A stretch of 64,000 nucleotides of DNA from Calditrichia bacterium (GTDB taxonomy: Bacteria; Calditrichota; Calditrichia; JAJRVZ01), in assembly GCA_963777955.1 (NCBI GenBank), contig CAVZSQ010000022.1, positions 959,021 to 1,023,020 on the forward strand, written 5' to 3'. The notes beneath the pieces are model-generated. The model had not been told where the DNA came from. It made no database searches and saw nothing but the letters and a program-made list of their open reading frames with translations. Shown here piece after piece: positions 20,421 through 31,026 of the stretch; the stretch's first letter is position 1; each line of letters begins with the position of its first letter. A program made the position numbers and the translations under genes.

Positions 20421-21053
20421 ATGCGAGTTATCGATTTAAGTCATTTGATTACGGAGAATATGCCGGTATACCCGGGGACAGCAAGCCCCGGCATTGTCAG
20501 CAACAGTTCGGTGCTTGCCGATGGTTATGCCGAAAAGCAATTGCACCTGCATACTCATACCGGGACGCATGTGGACAGTCCGGCGCATATGATCAGTGCT
20601 GGAATTACCCTGGATAACCTGCCGCCGGATAAATTTATGGGTGCGGCCCTGCTGTTGGATTGCCAGGGAGTGAAAGTGCTGGACCAAAAGTTCCTGAAAC
20701 CATTTCAAAACCGGATACTGGAATGTGAATTTGTAATTTTAAACACGGGCTGGTCTAAGTACTGGGGACAGGCAAAATATTATCAGGATTTCCCTGTGCT
20801 GACCCCGGAGGCGGCACAGGTATTGAGCGGATTTAATTTAAAAGGAATTGGAATTGACTGCAGTTCCGTTGACGCTGTCGGTTCGAAAACCTTTCCTATT
20901 CATAAAACATTCTTTAATAAAAACCTCCTGATCATTGAAAATCTTACTGATTTAGATCAAATCAAAGCAGACAAGTTCACCTTCTGTTGTTTTCCGCTGA
21001 AAATTCATCAGGCCGATGGATCGCCGGTCCGGGCTGTGGCTATAGTAGGTTAA
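20421..21053 (+). CDS. Cyclase family metal-dependent hydrolase (kynurenine formamidase-like)
   Basis: HTGTHVDSPAH, IENL, DGSPVRA. Confidence 0.9.
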   Translation: MRVIDLSHLITENMPVYPGTASPGIVSNSSVLADGYAEKQLHLHTHTGTHVDSPAHMISAGITLDNLPPDKFMGAALLLDCQGVKVLDQKFLKPFQNRILECEFVILNTGWSKYWGQAKYYQDFPVLTPEAAQVLSGFNLKGIGIDCSSVDAVGSKTFPIHKTFFNKNLLIIENLTDLDQIKADKFTFCCFPLKIHQADGSPVRAVAIVG

Positions 21054-21128
21054 AGGGAAAAGGTCAAAGGCAAAAGGTTAATGGAAAAAGATTTTACCTT
21101 TAACCTTTAACCTTTGGCCTCTTACCTA
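21052..21128. repeat. Heptamer repeats in an inverted arrangement (possible terminator)
   Basis: AAAGG(T/C)-type units followed by TAACCTT-type units. Confidence 0.6.
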
Positions 21129-21211
21129 AGTTTTCTATTTTTTCATTCAATGTATTGCCTAAAGATGTTAAATTAGACTTTATTGAATAATAAACAGAAC
21201 AGGGAGTCAGA

Positions 21212-22469
21212 ATGGTTAATCATGAAGTAAAAGATTTAAAATTGGCAGCCGAAGGCAAGCGGCGCATTGAATGGGCTGATGGCGATATGCCGGTACTGAA
21301 GAAAATCAAAGAGCGGTTTAGCAAAGAAAAACCGCTCAAAGGTAAGAAATTATCGGCCTGTCTGCATGTTACATCCGAAACCGCCAATCTGATGCGTACT
21401 TTACAGGCCGGCGGAGCAGAAATAATACTGGTGGCGTCCAATCCGCTCAGTACTCAGGATGATGTGGCCGCCGCCCTGGTGGCCGAATATGGTGTGTCGA
21501 CCTATGCTGTCAAAGGCGAAGATCATCAGACTTATTACAATCATATCCATATTGCCTTAAAACAGGATCCCGCGATAACAATGGATGATGGTGCCGATCT
21601 GGTTTCAACCATGCATGCGGATTATCCCGCCAAGTGTACGCAGGTCATTTGTTCCATGGAAGAGACTACCACCGGTGTGATCCGTCTGCGGGCTATGGCT
21701 AAAGATAAAGCCCTGCGTATTCCGGTAATCGCGGTCAATGATGCTGAAACTAAATATTTGTTTGACAACCGTTATGGTACCGGTCAGTCTACGGTGGATG
21801 GTATCATTCGGGCTTCTGATTTTCTGGTGGCCGGAAAAAAGATCGTGATTGCCGGTTACGGCTGGTGTGGTAAGGGATTTGCTATGCGCATGCGCGGCAT
21901 GGGCGGCAATATCATTGTCACCGAGGTAAATCCAATTCGTGCATTGGAAGCAGACTATGGACGGTTTCTCAGTCATGCCCATGGTGGAAGCAGCAAAGAT
22001 TGGCGATCTGTTTTGTACCCTGACCGGTGATATTCATGTTCTGCGCCAGGAACATTTTGCCGTGATGAAGAACGGTGCGATCGTAGCCAATTCCGGTCAT
22101 TTCAATGTGGAAATTAATATTCAGGAATTGGAAGCCATGGCGGTCAAAAAGACCAGGGGTGTGCGCAATTTTATCGATGAGTATGAAATGAAAAACGGGT
22201 GCAAGATCTATTTATTGGCTGAGGGACGTCTGATTAATCTGGCGGCCGCAGAAGGGCATCCGGCCAGCGTGATGGACATGAGTTTTGCCACGCAGGCTCT
22301 GGCTACCGAGTATGCCCTTAAAAATAGACTGGAAATAGGGGTATATAATGTTCCGCGTGAGATAGAACAATGGATCGCTATAGCTAAACTGGAATCCATG
22401 GGTGTGCAAATTGATCAACTCACGGCTGAACAGAAGGCCTATCTGACTTCCTGGGAAATGGGCACCTGA
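21212..22469 (+). CDS. ahcY: Adenosylhomocysteinase (frameshift near 21952)
   Basis: [45 protein letters not shown]. Confidence 0.92.
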
Positions 22470-22561
22470 GCTATTTAATTTTACCCTAAAGTCGGAATGA
22501 CAGTTCCTGCTTGTCATTTCTCCTGCCCGGTTTAATAATAAATGTTTACTTTGCTAAAAGC

Positions 22562-22609
22562 TTGACCTGCATATTATTATCAATTATATTTGAACATATG
22601 TTCAATTAT
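22562..22609 (+). promoter_or_regulatory. Sigma70-type promoter overlapped by an ArsR/SmtB-type operator
   Basis: TTGACC-17 nt-TATATT; perfect palindrome TTGAACATATGTTCAA (22590-22605). Confidence 0.75.
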
Positions 22610-22632
22610 TAACTATATCAGGACGAAGGTAT

Positions 22633-22989
22633 ATGAAAATAAATACTGCCCGGGCCACTGCCCGGCATGACCGCAGGCGGATTGCCGCAATCAAAAAAGA
22701 AATCCCGGAGCAGGGCAGACTAATCCGTCTGGCGCAACTCTTTGCCGTGCTGGCTGATCCGACCAGACTTAAAATTATGATCAGTTTGCGCAATGAGGAA
22801 CTTTGCGTACATGAAATAAACGAACTAGTCGGACCATCACTTTCGGCAGTTTCACACCAGTTGCGTATTTTGAAAGCCATGCATCTGGTCAAATTCCGTA
22901 AGCAGGGTCAGGAAGTATACTATACCCTGGATGATGATCATATTAAAAAGTTGATCGATCTGGCCGGAGAGCATATAAATGAACTCTAA
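22633..22989 (+). CDS. ArsR/SmtB metalloregulator
   Basis: ELCVHEI, SAVSHQLRIL, alpha5-type DDH...EHINE site. Confidence 0.9.
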   Translation: MKINTARATARHDRRRIAAIKKEIPEQGRLIRLAQLFAVLADPTRLKIMISLRNEELCVHEINELVGPSLSAVSHQLRILKAMHLVKFRKQGQEVYYTLDDDHIKKLIDLAGEHINEL

Positions 22990-23022
22990 ATCCCGGGTTA
23001 TTCAGGGGGAAATCCAGAGTCT

Positions 23023-25163
23023 ATGAACGATTCGATCATCCGTAACCAGTACGCTGTTGCCGGCATGGATTGCGCGGAGTGTGCAAGCCATGTGGAACAG
23101 GAAATATCTAAAATCGCAGGGATAACCTCGGTGCAGGTGAATGCTGTGACCGGTAAAATGCATATCTCCTCACGCCAGCACATAGCCGAACAGGTTATCC
23201 AGCAGGCAGTAAGTCTGGCCGGTTATACTCTTATAGCCCAGTCCGGCGCAGCGGACCCGCAGGCCGGGCAGGAAACCAAAAATATACCCCTGGCCGCAAA
23301 TAATGGTAAAGTGCTCTTACCTGCTCTATTATCCGTATTTTTTATTCTGGCGGGACTAGCTGCTGATCATCTTTTTCAATTTCCGGATCTCAGCGCAGCT
23401 CTGTATCTGGCAGCAATCATCAGCAGTGGTTATCACATGGCTGTCAAGGGAGTTAAAGAAGCTCGTTCGATTCAGGCTGGGAATGAACTTTCTGATGACG
23501 GTGGCGGTCGGCGGCGCCGTGATTATCGGCGACTGGCTGGAAGGGGCCACGGTTGTTTTCTTATTCGCGCTGGCCCGCTATCTGGAAGATCGTACCATGG
23601 ACAAGGCCCGGCGTTCTATCGGAAACCTGATCGAGCAGAAACCCAGGACTGCCACCCGGATTATCGATCAGCAGCATGTACTGGTACCGGTCGAAGCGGT
23701 CGCAGCCGGGCACCTGCTGGCGGTTAAGCCGGGTGAGCAAATTCCGGTAGACGGAAAGATCGAACAGGGAAATTCCACGGTAGATCAATCCAGTATTACC
23801 GGTGAAAGTATGCCGGTGGCATTGGCAGTGGGCGATGCGGTATATGGCGGCACCCTGAATCAGAACGGTTTTCTGGTTATCCGTGCTGAACGTTCGTTCA
23901 GCAATTCGACTTTTTCGAAAATAGTCGAACAGGTAGTTGAGGCGCAGGCTCAAAAAGCTCCCCGGCAGAAGTTTATCGATACGTTCGCGAGTTTTTACAC
24001 ACCTGCCGTACTGGTGATCGCAATTCTGATTTCCTTGATACCTCCGCTGTTTTTTGCCGCACCATTTATGGACTGGTTCTATCGCGCACTGGTCATGCTG
24101 GTGATAGCCTGTCCCTGTGCCCTGGTAATTTCGACGCCGGTGACAATAGTCAGTGCCCTGACCGCAGCCATGCGCCGCGGTATCCTGATCAGAGGGGGTC
24201 TGCACCTGGAGAATTTTGCGCACCTGCGGGCTATAGCTTTTGATAAAACCGGTACACTGACCGAAGGTAAATTCAAGGTGCAGCAGGTTTTTCCGGTCGG
24301 GGAGCATAGCCCTGAACAAGTGCTGCAGATAGCTGCTTCCCTGGAAAATAAATCAAACCATCCTATCGCCCGGGCCATCTGCAAGCAGGCCGACCTGAAT
24401 AATATCCGCCCGGCTGAAGTGCGTGATTTTTCATCACTCGCCGGGCAGGGGCTGGAGGGTGTGATCGACAACCAGCGCTATGTGTTAGGGAATCATAAAT
24501 TATTCGAACAGCGCAACCTGTGCAAAACTGAAATTCATGGATTATTAGATAACATCGAGGATCAGAATCACACGGCTGTGCTGGTAGGTAACCAGACTAC
24601 CGTTCTGGGTATTATCAGTATCGCCGATTCCGTCAGGGCGGAGGCTGCAGTCTGTCATACAGCAATTGAAGAAACAGGGCATCCGTAGAATGGTCCTGCT
24701 GACCGGGGATAATCATCGCACCGCGGCAGCGGTAGCCGAAGGCCTGCGGCTGGACGATTATGCGGCCGAATTATTACCGGGTGATAAAGTCGAAATCCTG
24801 AAAAAATTAAAAACTGAATTTCGTAGCATCGCTATGGTTGGTGACGGAGTAAATGACGCTCCGGCTCTGGCCAGTGCCGATATCGGCATTGCCATGGCTG
24901 CCGCCGGCTCGGATGTGGCTATTGAAACGGCCGATATCGCTTTGCTGGATGATCATCTGGGCAAACTGGGGGTGCTGCGAAAATTGAGCACCATGACCCT
25001 GCGTCTGATCAAGCAAAATATTGCAGTGGCCCTGGGTCTCAAATTGATTTTTCTGATCCTGGCCGCCCTGGGCCTGGCCACTTTATGGATGGCCGTTTTC
25101 GCCGATATGGGCGCCAGTCTGATTGTTATTCTTAATGGCCTGCGGGTGTTATCCCCCAAATAA
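23023..25163 (+). CDS. Heavy-metal (Zn/Cd/Pb) P1B-type ATPase (2 frameshifts)
   Basis: GMDCAEC HMA domain, TGES, CPC, DKTGT, GDGVNDAP across three ORFs. Confidence 0.9.
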
Positions 25164-25301
25164 TAAACTTGCTGGTCCGAAAGTCCCCAATTTTTCCTTG
25201 CAACAATTTTGATATTTTATTACTTTCTTTTTCTATATTGCGACCGTTTGTAAGTCACTATAATTGATAATATTTATCTCTGCTGTGATAAAGGAGGGAA
25301 T

Positions 25302-27392
25302 TTGAAAGTTTACAAGTCTGATCAATTAAGGAATATTGCCTTGGGGGCGCATGGCGGTGCAGGAAAGACCAGTCTGGTTGAGGCCATGTTATTTAATATG
25401 GGGGAAATCACCAGAATTGGTAAAGTCGAACAGGGCTCCACGGTATCTGATTACAATGATGAAGAGATTGAACGGCAGATCTCGATCGGGGCATCTTTAC
25501 TGCACGGCGAATGGGAAAACTTCAAAATAAACGTGGTGGATACGCCGGGATATACCGATTTTTTCGGCGAAGTAGTCGGCGCGTTCCGTGCGGTTGACAG
25601 TGTTATGGCGCTGGTATCGGCCACGGGCGGGGTGGAGGTGGGCACTGAACTGGTTTGGGAAGAAGCCGAAAAGCAGAAATTACCGCGAATTATAGTGGTT
25701 AACCGCCTGGATAAGGAAAATGTAAACTTTGATTCTATTTTTGCCGCTTTACAGCAGAGTTTTGGACATAAAGTGGTGTTGGCTCAAATCCCTATTAAAA
25801 CGGGACCCGGCTTCAACCAGATAGTCGACCTGATCCGTATGAAAGTTATGAAGTATACTACCGATGGCAGCGGTAACTACAGCGAAGAAAACATACCGGC
25901 TGATCTGCAGGCAAGATCTGCCGAATTACATTCAAAATTAATCGAGGCAGTGGCTGAAAGCGATGATACCCTGATGGAAAAATATTTTGCCGCAGGGCAG
26001 CTAACCGAGGATGAATTTAAAATCGGTCTGCGCAAAGCTATCCTCCGCCAGGAGGTTTTTCCTGTTTTTTGTACGGCAGCTGCGGATAATGTGGGGATCA
26101 GACGGCTGAACGATGTTATCGTCAATTTTATGCCCGCTCCTGTTGATATGCCGCCGGTCAGCGGCAAAGATGACTCCGGGAAGGAAGTCCAGCGTCACTG
26201 TGATATTACCGCACCTGCCTCGGCGCTGGTGTTCAAGACCGTATCGGAAGCCCATGTCGGCGAATTATCCTATCTGCGCGTTCTTTCCGGTGCCGTGAAA
26301 ACAGGCGACGATCTGTACAACGTTGACCGCGGCCGTTCCGAACGAATCGGTCAACTCTTCGTGCTGAACGGCAAGAATAAAAAGAATGTGGAACGTATTC
26401 TGGCCGGAGACCTGGGGGCCGTGGTGAAATTGAAGGAAACGCATACCAGTAATACACTATGCGACAAAAGCAAGGTGATCATTTATCCGCCCATTGACTT
26501 TCCCAAACCCAAAATCCGTACGGCCATTGTCCCCAAAGCTAAAGGGGATGAAGAAAAAATCAGTACCGGCCTGCATAATCTGCATGAAGAAGATCCTACT
26601 TTCATCGGCCAGTATGATGCAGAATTAAAACAAACCATAGTCTCCGGCCAGGGTGAACTGCACTTACAGAGTATCCTGAAACGGTTGAAAAACAAGTATC
26701 ATGTCGAGGTGGTGGAAGAGGAGCCCAAGATTCCTTACCGTGAAACAATCAGAAGCAAATCCGAAGCTCAGGGTAAATATAAAAAGCAGTCGGGCGGCCG
26801 CGGACAATACGGTGATTGTCATCTGCGTCTGGAAAAAATGGAACGCGGTAAGGGCTTTGAATTTGTCGATGCCATCGTAGGCGGCGTAATTCCCGGCAAG
26901 TACGTGCCTGCGGTCGAAAAAGGGGTAGTGGAACGTATGGCCAGAGGGGTTCTGGCCGGGTATCCGGTCGTGGATGTGCGGGTATCCTGTTTCTATGGCA
27001 GTTATCATGCCGTGGATTCTTCGGAAATGGCTTTTAAAATTGCCGGTTCTATGGGCTTTCAAAAAGCTTTTTTGGAGGCCAAGCCGGTATTACTCGAGCC
27101 GATCTACACCCTTTCGGTAAAAATCCCCGAGGAGTTCATGGGTGATATAATGGGTGATATTTCCAGCCGCCGTGGTAAAATCATAGGTATGGACAGTGAT
27201 GGGCGTTTCCAGGTGATCAATGCTCAGGTTCCCCTTTCCGAACTGCATAAATATTCGACTTTATTGAGATCAATGACCCAGGGACGCGGTATTCATACTC
27301 AAAACTTTTCACACTATGAGGAAGTACCTACAGAAATCGCCGAAAAAATAATTTCCCTGTCGAAAAAGGAAAAAACTGTAGAGGAAGAATAA
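25302..27392 (+). CDS. fusA: Elongation factor G paralog (EF-G2-like)
   Basis: AHGGAGKT, DTPG, NRLD, KKQSGGRGQYG; TTG start with AGGAGG; outside the str operon. Confidence 0.9.
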   Translation: MKVYKSDQLRNIALGAHGGAGKTSLVEAMLFNMGEITRIGKVEQGSTVSDYNDEEIERQISIGASLLHGEWENFKINVVDTPGYTDFFGEVVGAFRAVDSVMALVSATGGVEVGTELVWEEAEKQKLPRIIVVNRLDKENVNFDSIFAALQQSFGHKVVLAQIPIKTGPGFNQIVDLIRMKVMKYTTDGSGNYSEENIPADLQARSAELHSKLIEAVAESDDTLMEKYFAAGQLTEDEFKIGLRKAILRQEVFPVFCTAAADNVGIRRLNDVIVNFMPAPVDMPPVSGKDDSGKEVQRHCDITAPASALVFKTVSEAHVGELSYLRVLSGAVKTGDDLYNVDRGRSERIGQLFVLNGKNKKNVERILAGDLGAVVKLKETHTSNTLCDKSKVIIYPPIDFPKPKIRTAIVPKAKGDEEKISTGLHNLHEEDPTFIGQYDAELKQTIVSGQGELHLQSILKRLKNKYHVEVVEEEPKIPYRETIRSKSEAQGKYKKQSGGRGQYGDCHLRLEKMERGKGFEFVDAIVGGVIPGKYVPAVEKGVVERMARGVLAGYPVVDVRVSCFYGSYHAVDSSEMAFKIAGSMGFQKAFLEAKPVLLEPIYTLSVKIPEEFMGDIMGDISSRRGKIIGMDSDGRFQVINAQVPLSELHKYSTLLRSMTQGRGIHTQNFSHYEEVPTEIAEKIISLSKKEKTVEEE

Positions 27393-27405
27393 TTATTATC
27401 TACCT

Positions 27406-27442
27406 GCGTAAAGCCCGGGGTTAAAACCATCGGGCTTTATGC
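27406..27442 (+). terminator. Stem-loop after fusA
   Basis: GCGTAAAGCCCG...CGGGCTTTATGC; only a weak U tract. Confidence 0.45.
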
Positions 27443-27454
27443 TCAAAGCAGGGG

Positions 27455-27964
27455 TTGATTATGGATCATCTATGGGCGCCCTGGCGCATGGAATATATTC
27501 TGGAATCGCAGGAACCTAATCCGGTTTGCATATTTTGCAGTTTCCCTGCAGAAAACAGGGATTCTAAAAACCTGATTTTATACCGTTCCGAACTTTGCTT
27601 TGTGATGCTTAATAAGTTCCCCTACAATAACGGCCACCTGCTGATCATTCCCTTCAAACATGAAGCAGATCTGACCCGGTTTGCTGACGACATAGTAGTC
27701 GATCTTCATCATACCCTCAGCAAATCCATACAGGTTTTACAGCAGGTGATGAGTCCTCATGGCTTGAATATCGGCATCAACCTGGGCCGAACCGCCGGAG
27801 CAGGGATAACTGAACATCTGCATTACCATCTGGTACCGCGTTGGAATGGCGATACGAACTTCATGCCTGTATTGACGGACACTAAAGTTCTATCCGAGGC
27901 ATTGACAAAAACCTGGGAAAAACTGAATCAGGCCTTCGGCAATCATACAGATCCGGCCAAATAA
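27455..27964 (+). CDS. HIT family hydrolase
   Basis: LWAPWR, CIFC, NKFPYNNGH, HLHYHLVPRW. Confidence 0.9.
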   Translation: MIMDHLWAPWRMEYILESQEPNPVCIFCSFPAENRDSKNLILYRSELCFVMLNKFPYNNGHLLIIPFKHEADLTRFADDIVVDLHHTLSKSIQVLQQVMSPHGLNIGINLGRTAGAGITEHLHYHLVPRWNGDTNFMPVLTDTKVLSEALTKTWEKLNQAFGNHTDPAK

Positions 27965-28029
27965 CAGGGCTGTACCTTTTCTGTTTTCAAGATCTGGATT
28001 AATCTGGCAACCACTATTTTAAGCAAGCA

Positions 28030-29262
28030 ATGGCGATTCTAATCCACAACATTTCAAGATTATATACTCCCGACGAACAACAGGGCTATGGTGCGCTACA
28101 GGAAATCAGAAATCCGCAAATTCTGATTCGTGAAGGTCTGATCGAGGAAATCCGCACTGATCACGGTAAAGCAGGGCATTATTCCGAAGTACAGATGCTG
28201 GATGGCCAGGGCTGCTGTATTCTGCCGGGATTTGTCGATGCTCACACGCATCCGGTATTCTGGAAAACCCGGGAGCAGGAATTCATTATGCGTCTGAGCG
28301 GCAAATCGTATGAAGAAATTGCAGCAGCCGGCGGTGGAATCCGTAACAGTGCCCGCGAATTCCAGAAAGCCGCTAAAGAGGAAATCAAACAGGTCACGGC
28401 GAAACGCCTGCGAACTTTTCTGGAATATGGTACCACCACCATCGAGGCTAAAAGCGGATATGGTTTAACCGTAACTGCCGAAGTAAAGTCTCTGGAGATT
28501 ATCGCCGAGTTAAACCGGGAACAGCCGTTGCAGATGATTCCCACCTTTATGGGTGCCCATGAAATACCCGATGCCTACCGGAATCAACGCGGGGAGTATA
28601 TCCGGCAGATTGTCGAGGAAATGATCCCATTGGTAGCACGGCGCGGACTGGCTGAATACTGTGATGTGTTTTGTGAACAGGGGGTTTTTACCGTTGCCGA
28701 GTCGCGTCATATTCTGGAAACGGCCAGACAGCATGGGTTACTGGCCAGGATACATGCCGATGAATTGCACGCCTCCGGCGGAGCAGAACTGGCTGCCGAT
28801 CTGGGGACGGTAACCGCTGACCATTTGCTTAAGGTTACCCCCGAAGCTATCATCGCTTTGAAACGCGCCCGGGTAATTCCGGTCCTGCTGCCGCTGACTA
28901 CATTTTTCCTGCGTAAGGATCAATATGCTCCGGCCAGAAATTTTATTGACCAGGATTGTCCGGTGGCTCTGGCTACCGATTTCAATCCCGGCAGTTCCAT
29001 GAGTCAAAATATGCAACTACTCTGGTCAATTGCTGCGCTTAAAATGGGCTTGTTGCCTGCTGAACTGCTGTGGTCTACAACCATCATTCCGGCACGTAGT
29101 ATAAACCGCGCTGCCCAACTCGGCAGTATCGAGCGGGGAAAACAGGCTGATTTAATTTTTCTTGATATTCCCAATCTGGATTACCTGGCCTATCATATGG
29201 GCATCAATCATGTTATCCTGACTATGAAAAAGGGCGAGGTAGTATTTCACAGGAAATATTGA
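28030..29262 (+). CDS. hutI: Imidazolonepropionase
   Basis: DAHTH, GTTTIEAKSGYG, HADE, ATDFNPGS. Confidence 0.92.
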   Translation: MAILIHNISRLYTPDEQQGYGALQEIRNPQILIREGLIEEIRTDHGKAGHYSEVQMLDGQGCCILPGFVDAHTHPVFWKTREQEFIMRLSGKSYEEIAAAGGGIRNSAREFQKAAKEEIKQVTAKRLRTFLEYGTTTIEAKSGYGLTVTAEVKSLEIIAELNREQPLQMIPTFMGAHEIPDAYRNQRGEYIRQIVEEMIPLVARRGLAEYCDVFCEQGVFTVAESRHILETARQHGLLARIHADELHASGGAELAADLGTVTADHLLKVTPEAIIALKRARVIPVLLPLTTFFLRKDQYAPARNFIDQDCPVALATDFNPGSSMSQNMQLLWSIAALKMGLLPAELLWSTTIIPARSINRAAQLGSIERGKQADLIFLDIPNLDYLAYHMGINHVILTMKKGEVVFHRKY

Positions 29263-29366
29263 ACGATAAAATTCTGACTTTTCGGCAGAGGCCGGCTGTT
29301 GACTTTAAACAGACCTTTTATTATTTTAATCAGTTAAAAATAAATAAGTTATCTCATCTCGCATAA

Positions 29367-30527
29367 ATGGAAACGAATCCGGATCTCAAATATAACGACA
29401 TAAAAACAGAAATCGGGTTTTATGGTTCGTCACCCGAAATAGAGGAGATTGTCCGGATTGTAACAACAATCGCTCCTACCGACATTTCTGTGCTGATTGT
29501 GGGCGAAAGTGGAACGGGTAAAGAACTTGTGGCGCGGGCGATCCATCGTCTGAGTAAACGGGCAGAGCAACCGCTGATTTCTGTCAATACCGGTGCTATT
29601 CCGGAAGGAATCCTGGAAAGTGAACTATTCGGGCATGAGAAAGGATCCTTCACCGGAGCAGTAGGACAGCGCAAGGGTTATTTTGAGTCTGCCAATCATG
29701 GTACGATATTCCTGGATGAAATAGGAGAAATGTCCTTGAACACCCAGGTCAAACTGCTGCGTGTACTGGAAGAAAATGAATTTATGCGGGTTGGCGGTAC
29801 TCAAACGCAAAAAGTCGATGTGCGGATTATCGCCGCCTCCAATAAAAATTTAGAGTTGGCGGTAAAGAATAATGAATTCAGACAGGATCTGTATTTTCGC
29901 CTGAAGGCGATAAAAATAGATGTACCCCCTTTACGCAGGAGAAAGACCGATATAGCGGTACTGGTAAAAAAATTTGCAGCCGATTTCTGTACCAGCCAGA
30001 ATATCCGTTTTAAGGGATTTTCTCCAGATGCTCTGCAGAAAATGCAGGAATATGATTGGCCGGGGAATATACGCGAGTTGAAAAATTTTGTGGAGACCGC
30101 TATTATTATTAATAAAGGGGAAGTAGTAAACTCCGCCTATGTTCTGGCTAATTTATCGTTTTACCAGGATGAGGGCGGTTCCAAAAACTTACCGGTACCC
30201 CTGAACATGTCTCCGGAGCGCGCCGAAAGGGAGATCATCTACCGGACCCTGTTATCGCTGAAATTGGATATTGCGGAAGTCAAAAAAATAGTAATGGCCA
30301 TGCAACCCGGACCGGCCAACGAGCAGGCCTATGAAATTCCTCCGGGGCCGGAAGTGATTGCGTATGATGATAAAAATGAATTAAAACCGACTACCCTGGC
30401 TAACATGGAGCGGGAAATGATCAAGCAGACCCTGAAAGATTTTGAAGGTAGCCGGCGCAAAACAGCCAGGGCTCTGCAGATCAGTGAACGTACTTTATAC
30501 CGGAAAATCAAAGAATATGGTCTTTAG
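29367..30527 (+). CDS. Sigma54-interacting AAA+ regulator with Fis HTH and no N-terminal sensor
   Basis: GESGTGKE, ESELFGHEKGSFTGA, FLDEIGE, WPGNIREL, C-terminal HTH. Confidence 0.9.
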   Translation: METNPDLKYNDIKTEIGFYGSSPEIEEIVRIVTTIAPTDISVLIVGESGTGKELVARAIHRLSKRAEQPLISVNTGAIPEGILESELFGHEKGSFTGAVGQRKGYFESANHGTIFLDEIGEMSLNTQVKLLRVLEENEFMRVGGTQTQKVDVRIIAASNKNLELAVKNNEFRQDLYFRLKAIKIDVPPLRRRKTDIAVLVKKFAADFCTSQNIRFKGFSPDALQKMQEYDWPGNIRELKNFVETAIIINKGEVVNSAYVLANLSFYQDEGGSKNLPVPLNMSPERAEREIIYRTLLSLKLDIAEVKKIVMAMQPGPANEQAYEIPPGPEVIAYDDKNELKPTTLANMEREMIKQTLKDFEGSRRKTARALQISERTLYRKIKEYGL

Positions 30528-31026
30528 ACGTCTCGCGCTGGGAACGATTCTGCTGCTGGCTGGAATCATGGCCGGTTGTATCTATTCATTTAAAGGATCG
30601 CTGCCGTCATATATAAGAAATGTAGCGGTACCCCTGTTCGATGATAATACCGCTTATCCGAACGTTCGTGAAAATCTCACCAATTCAGTCATTGCCGGTT
30701 TCACCAATGATAATACACTAAAGGTAAGCTCAGAAGCGAATGCCGATATAATCATCAGCGGTACCATTATGTCCATTTCCCGGCGGGCGGCTGTACTGAC
30801 CAGCGGGGAAGAGGTGGAAAGTTATCAAATGTTTGTCAATGTAAAGGTAAAATGCGAGGATATTAAAAATAATAAAACCATGTGGGAGAAGAATCTGAGT
30901 GCCTTCGGCATTGTGTCGGACACGGCCACGCAGGATGAAATTGATACCGCCATCAAAGAGGCCATCGAAAAAATATCGGAAGATATTCTGAATAACACCT
31001 TAGCTGAACTGGTAATAAGATGTTGA
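30517..31026 (+). CDS. lptE: LptE family lipoprotein (true stop probably near 31016)
   Basis: Lipobox MAGC; YSFKG; removing one G gives a typical ...TLANW* end. Confidence 0.7.
   Translation: MVFRRLALGTILLLAGIMAGCIYSFKGSLPSYIRNVAVPLFDDNTAYPNVRENLTNSVIAGFTNDNTLKVSSEANADIIISGTIMSISRRAAVLTSGEEVESYQMFVNVKVKCEDIKNNKTMWEKNLSAFGIVSDTATQDEIDTAIKEAIEKISEDILNNTLAELVIRC

Noticed and set aside
21054..21211. SAH or SAM riboswitch upstream of ahcY
   Set aside because: The region is heptamer repeats and AT-rich promoter-like DNA; no recognisable riboswitch core.
21939..22030. Programmed frameshift or true pseudogene in ahcY (and nfo, the ATPase, etc.)
   Set aside because: No slippery site seen; removing one base restores the LEAAMDGF motif; the pattern is window-wide.
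23561..24319. Long antisense ORFs (also 10886..11464, 12958..13506, 61323..61994, 62973..63542)
   Set aside because: Shadows of well-supported genes on the opposite strand, with no recognisable motifs.
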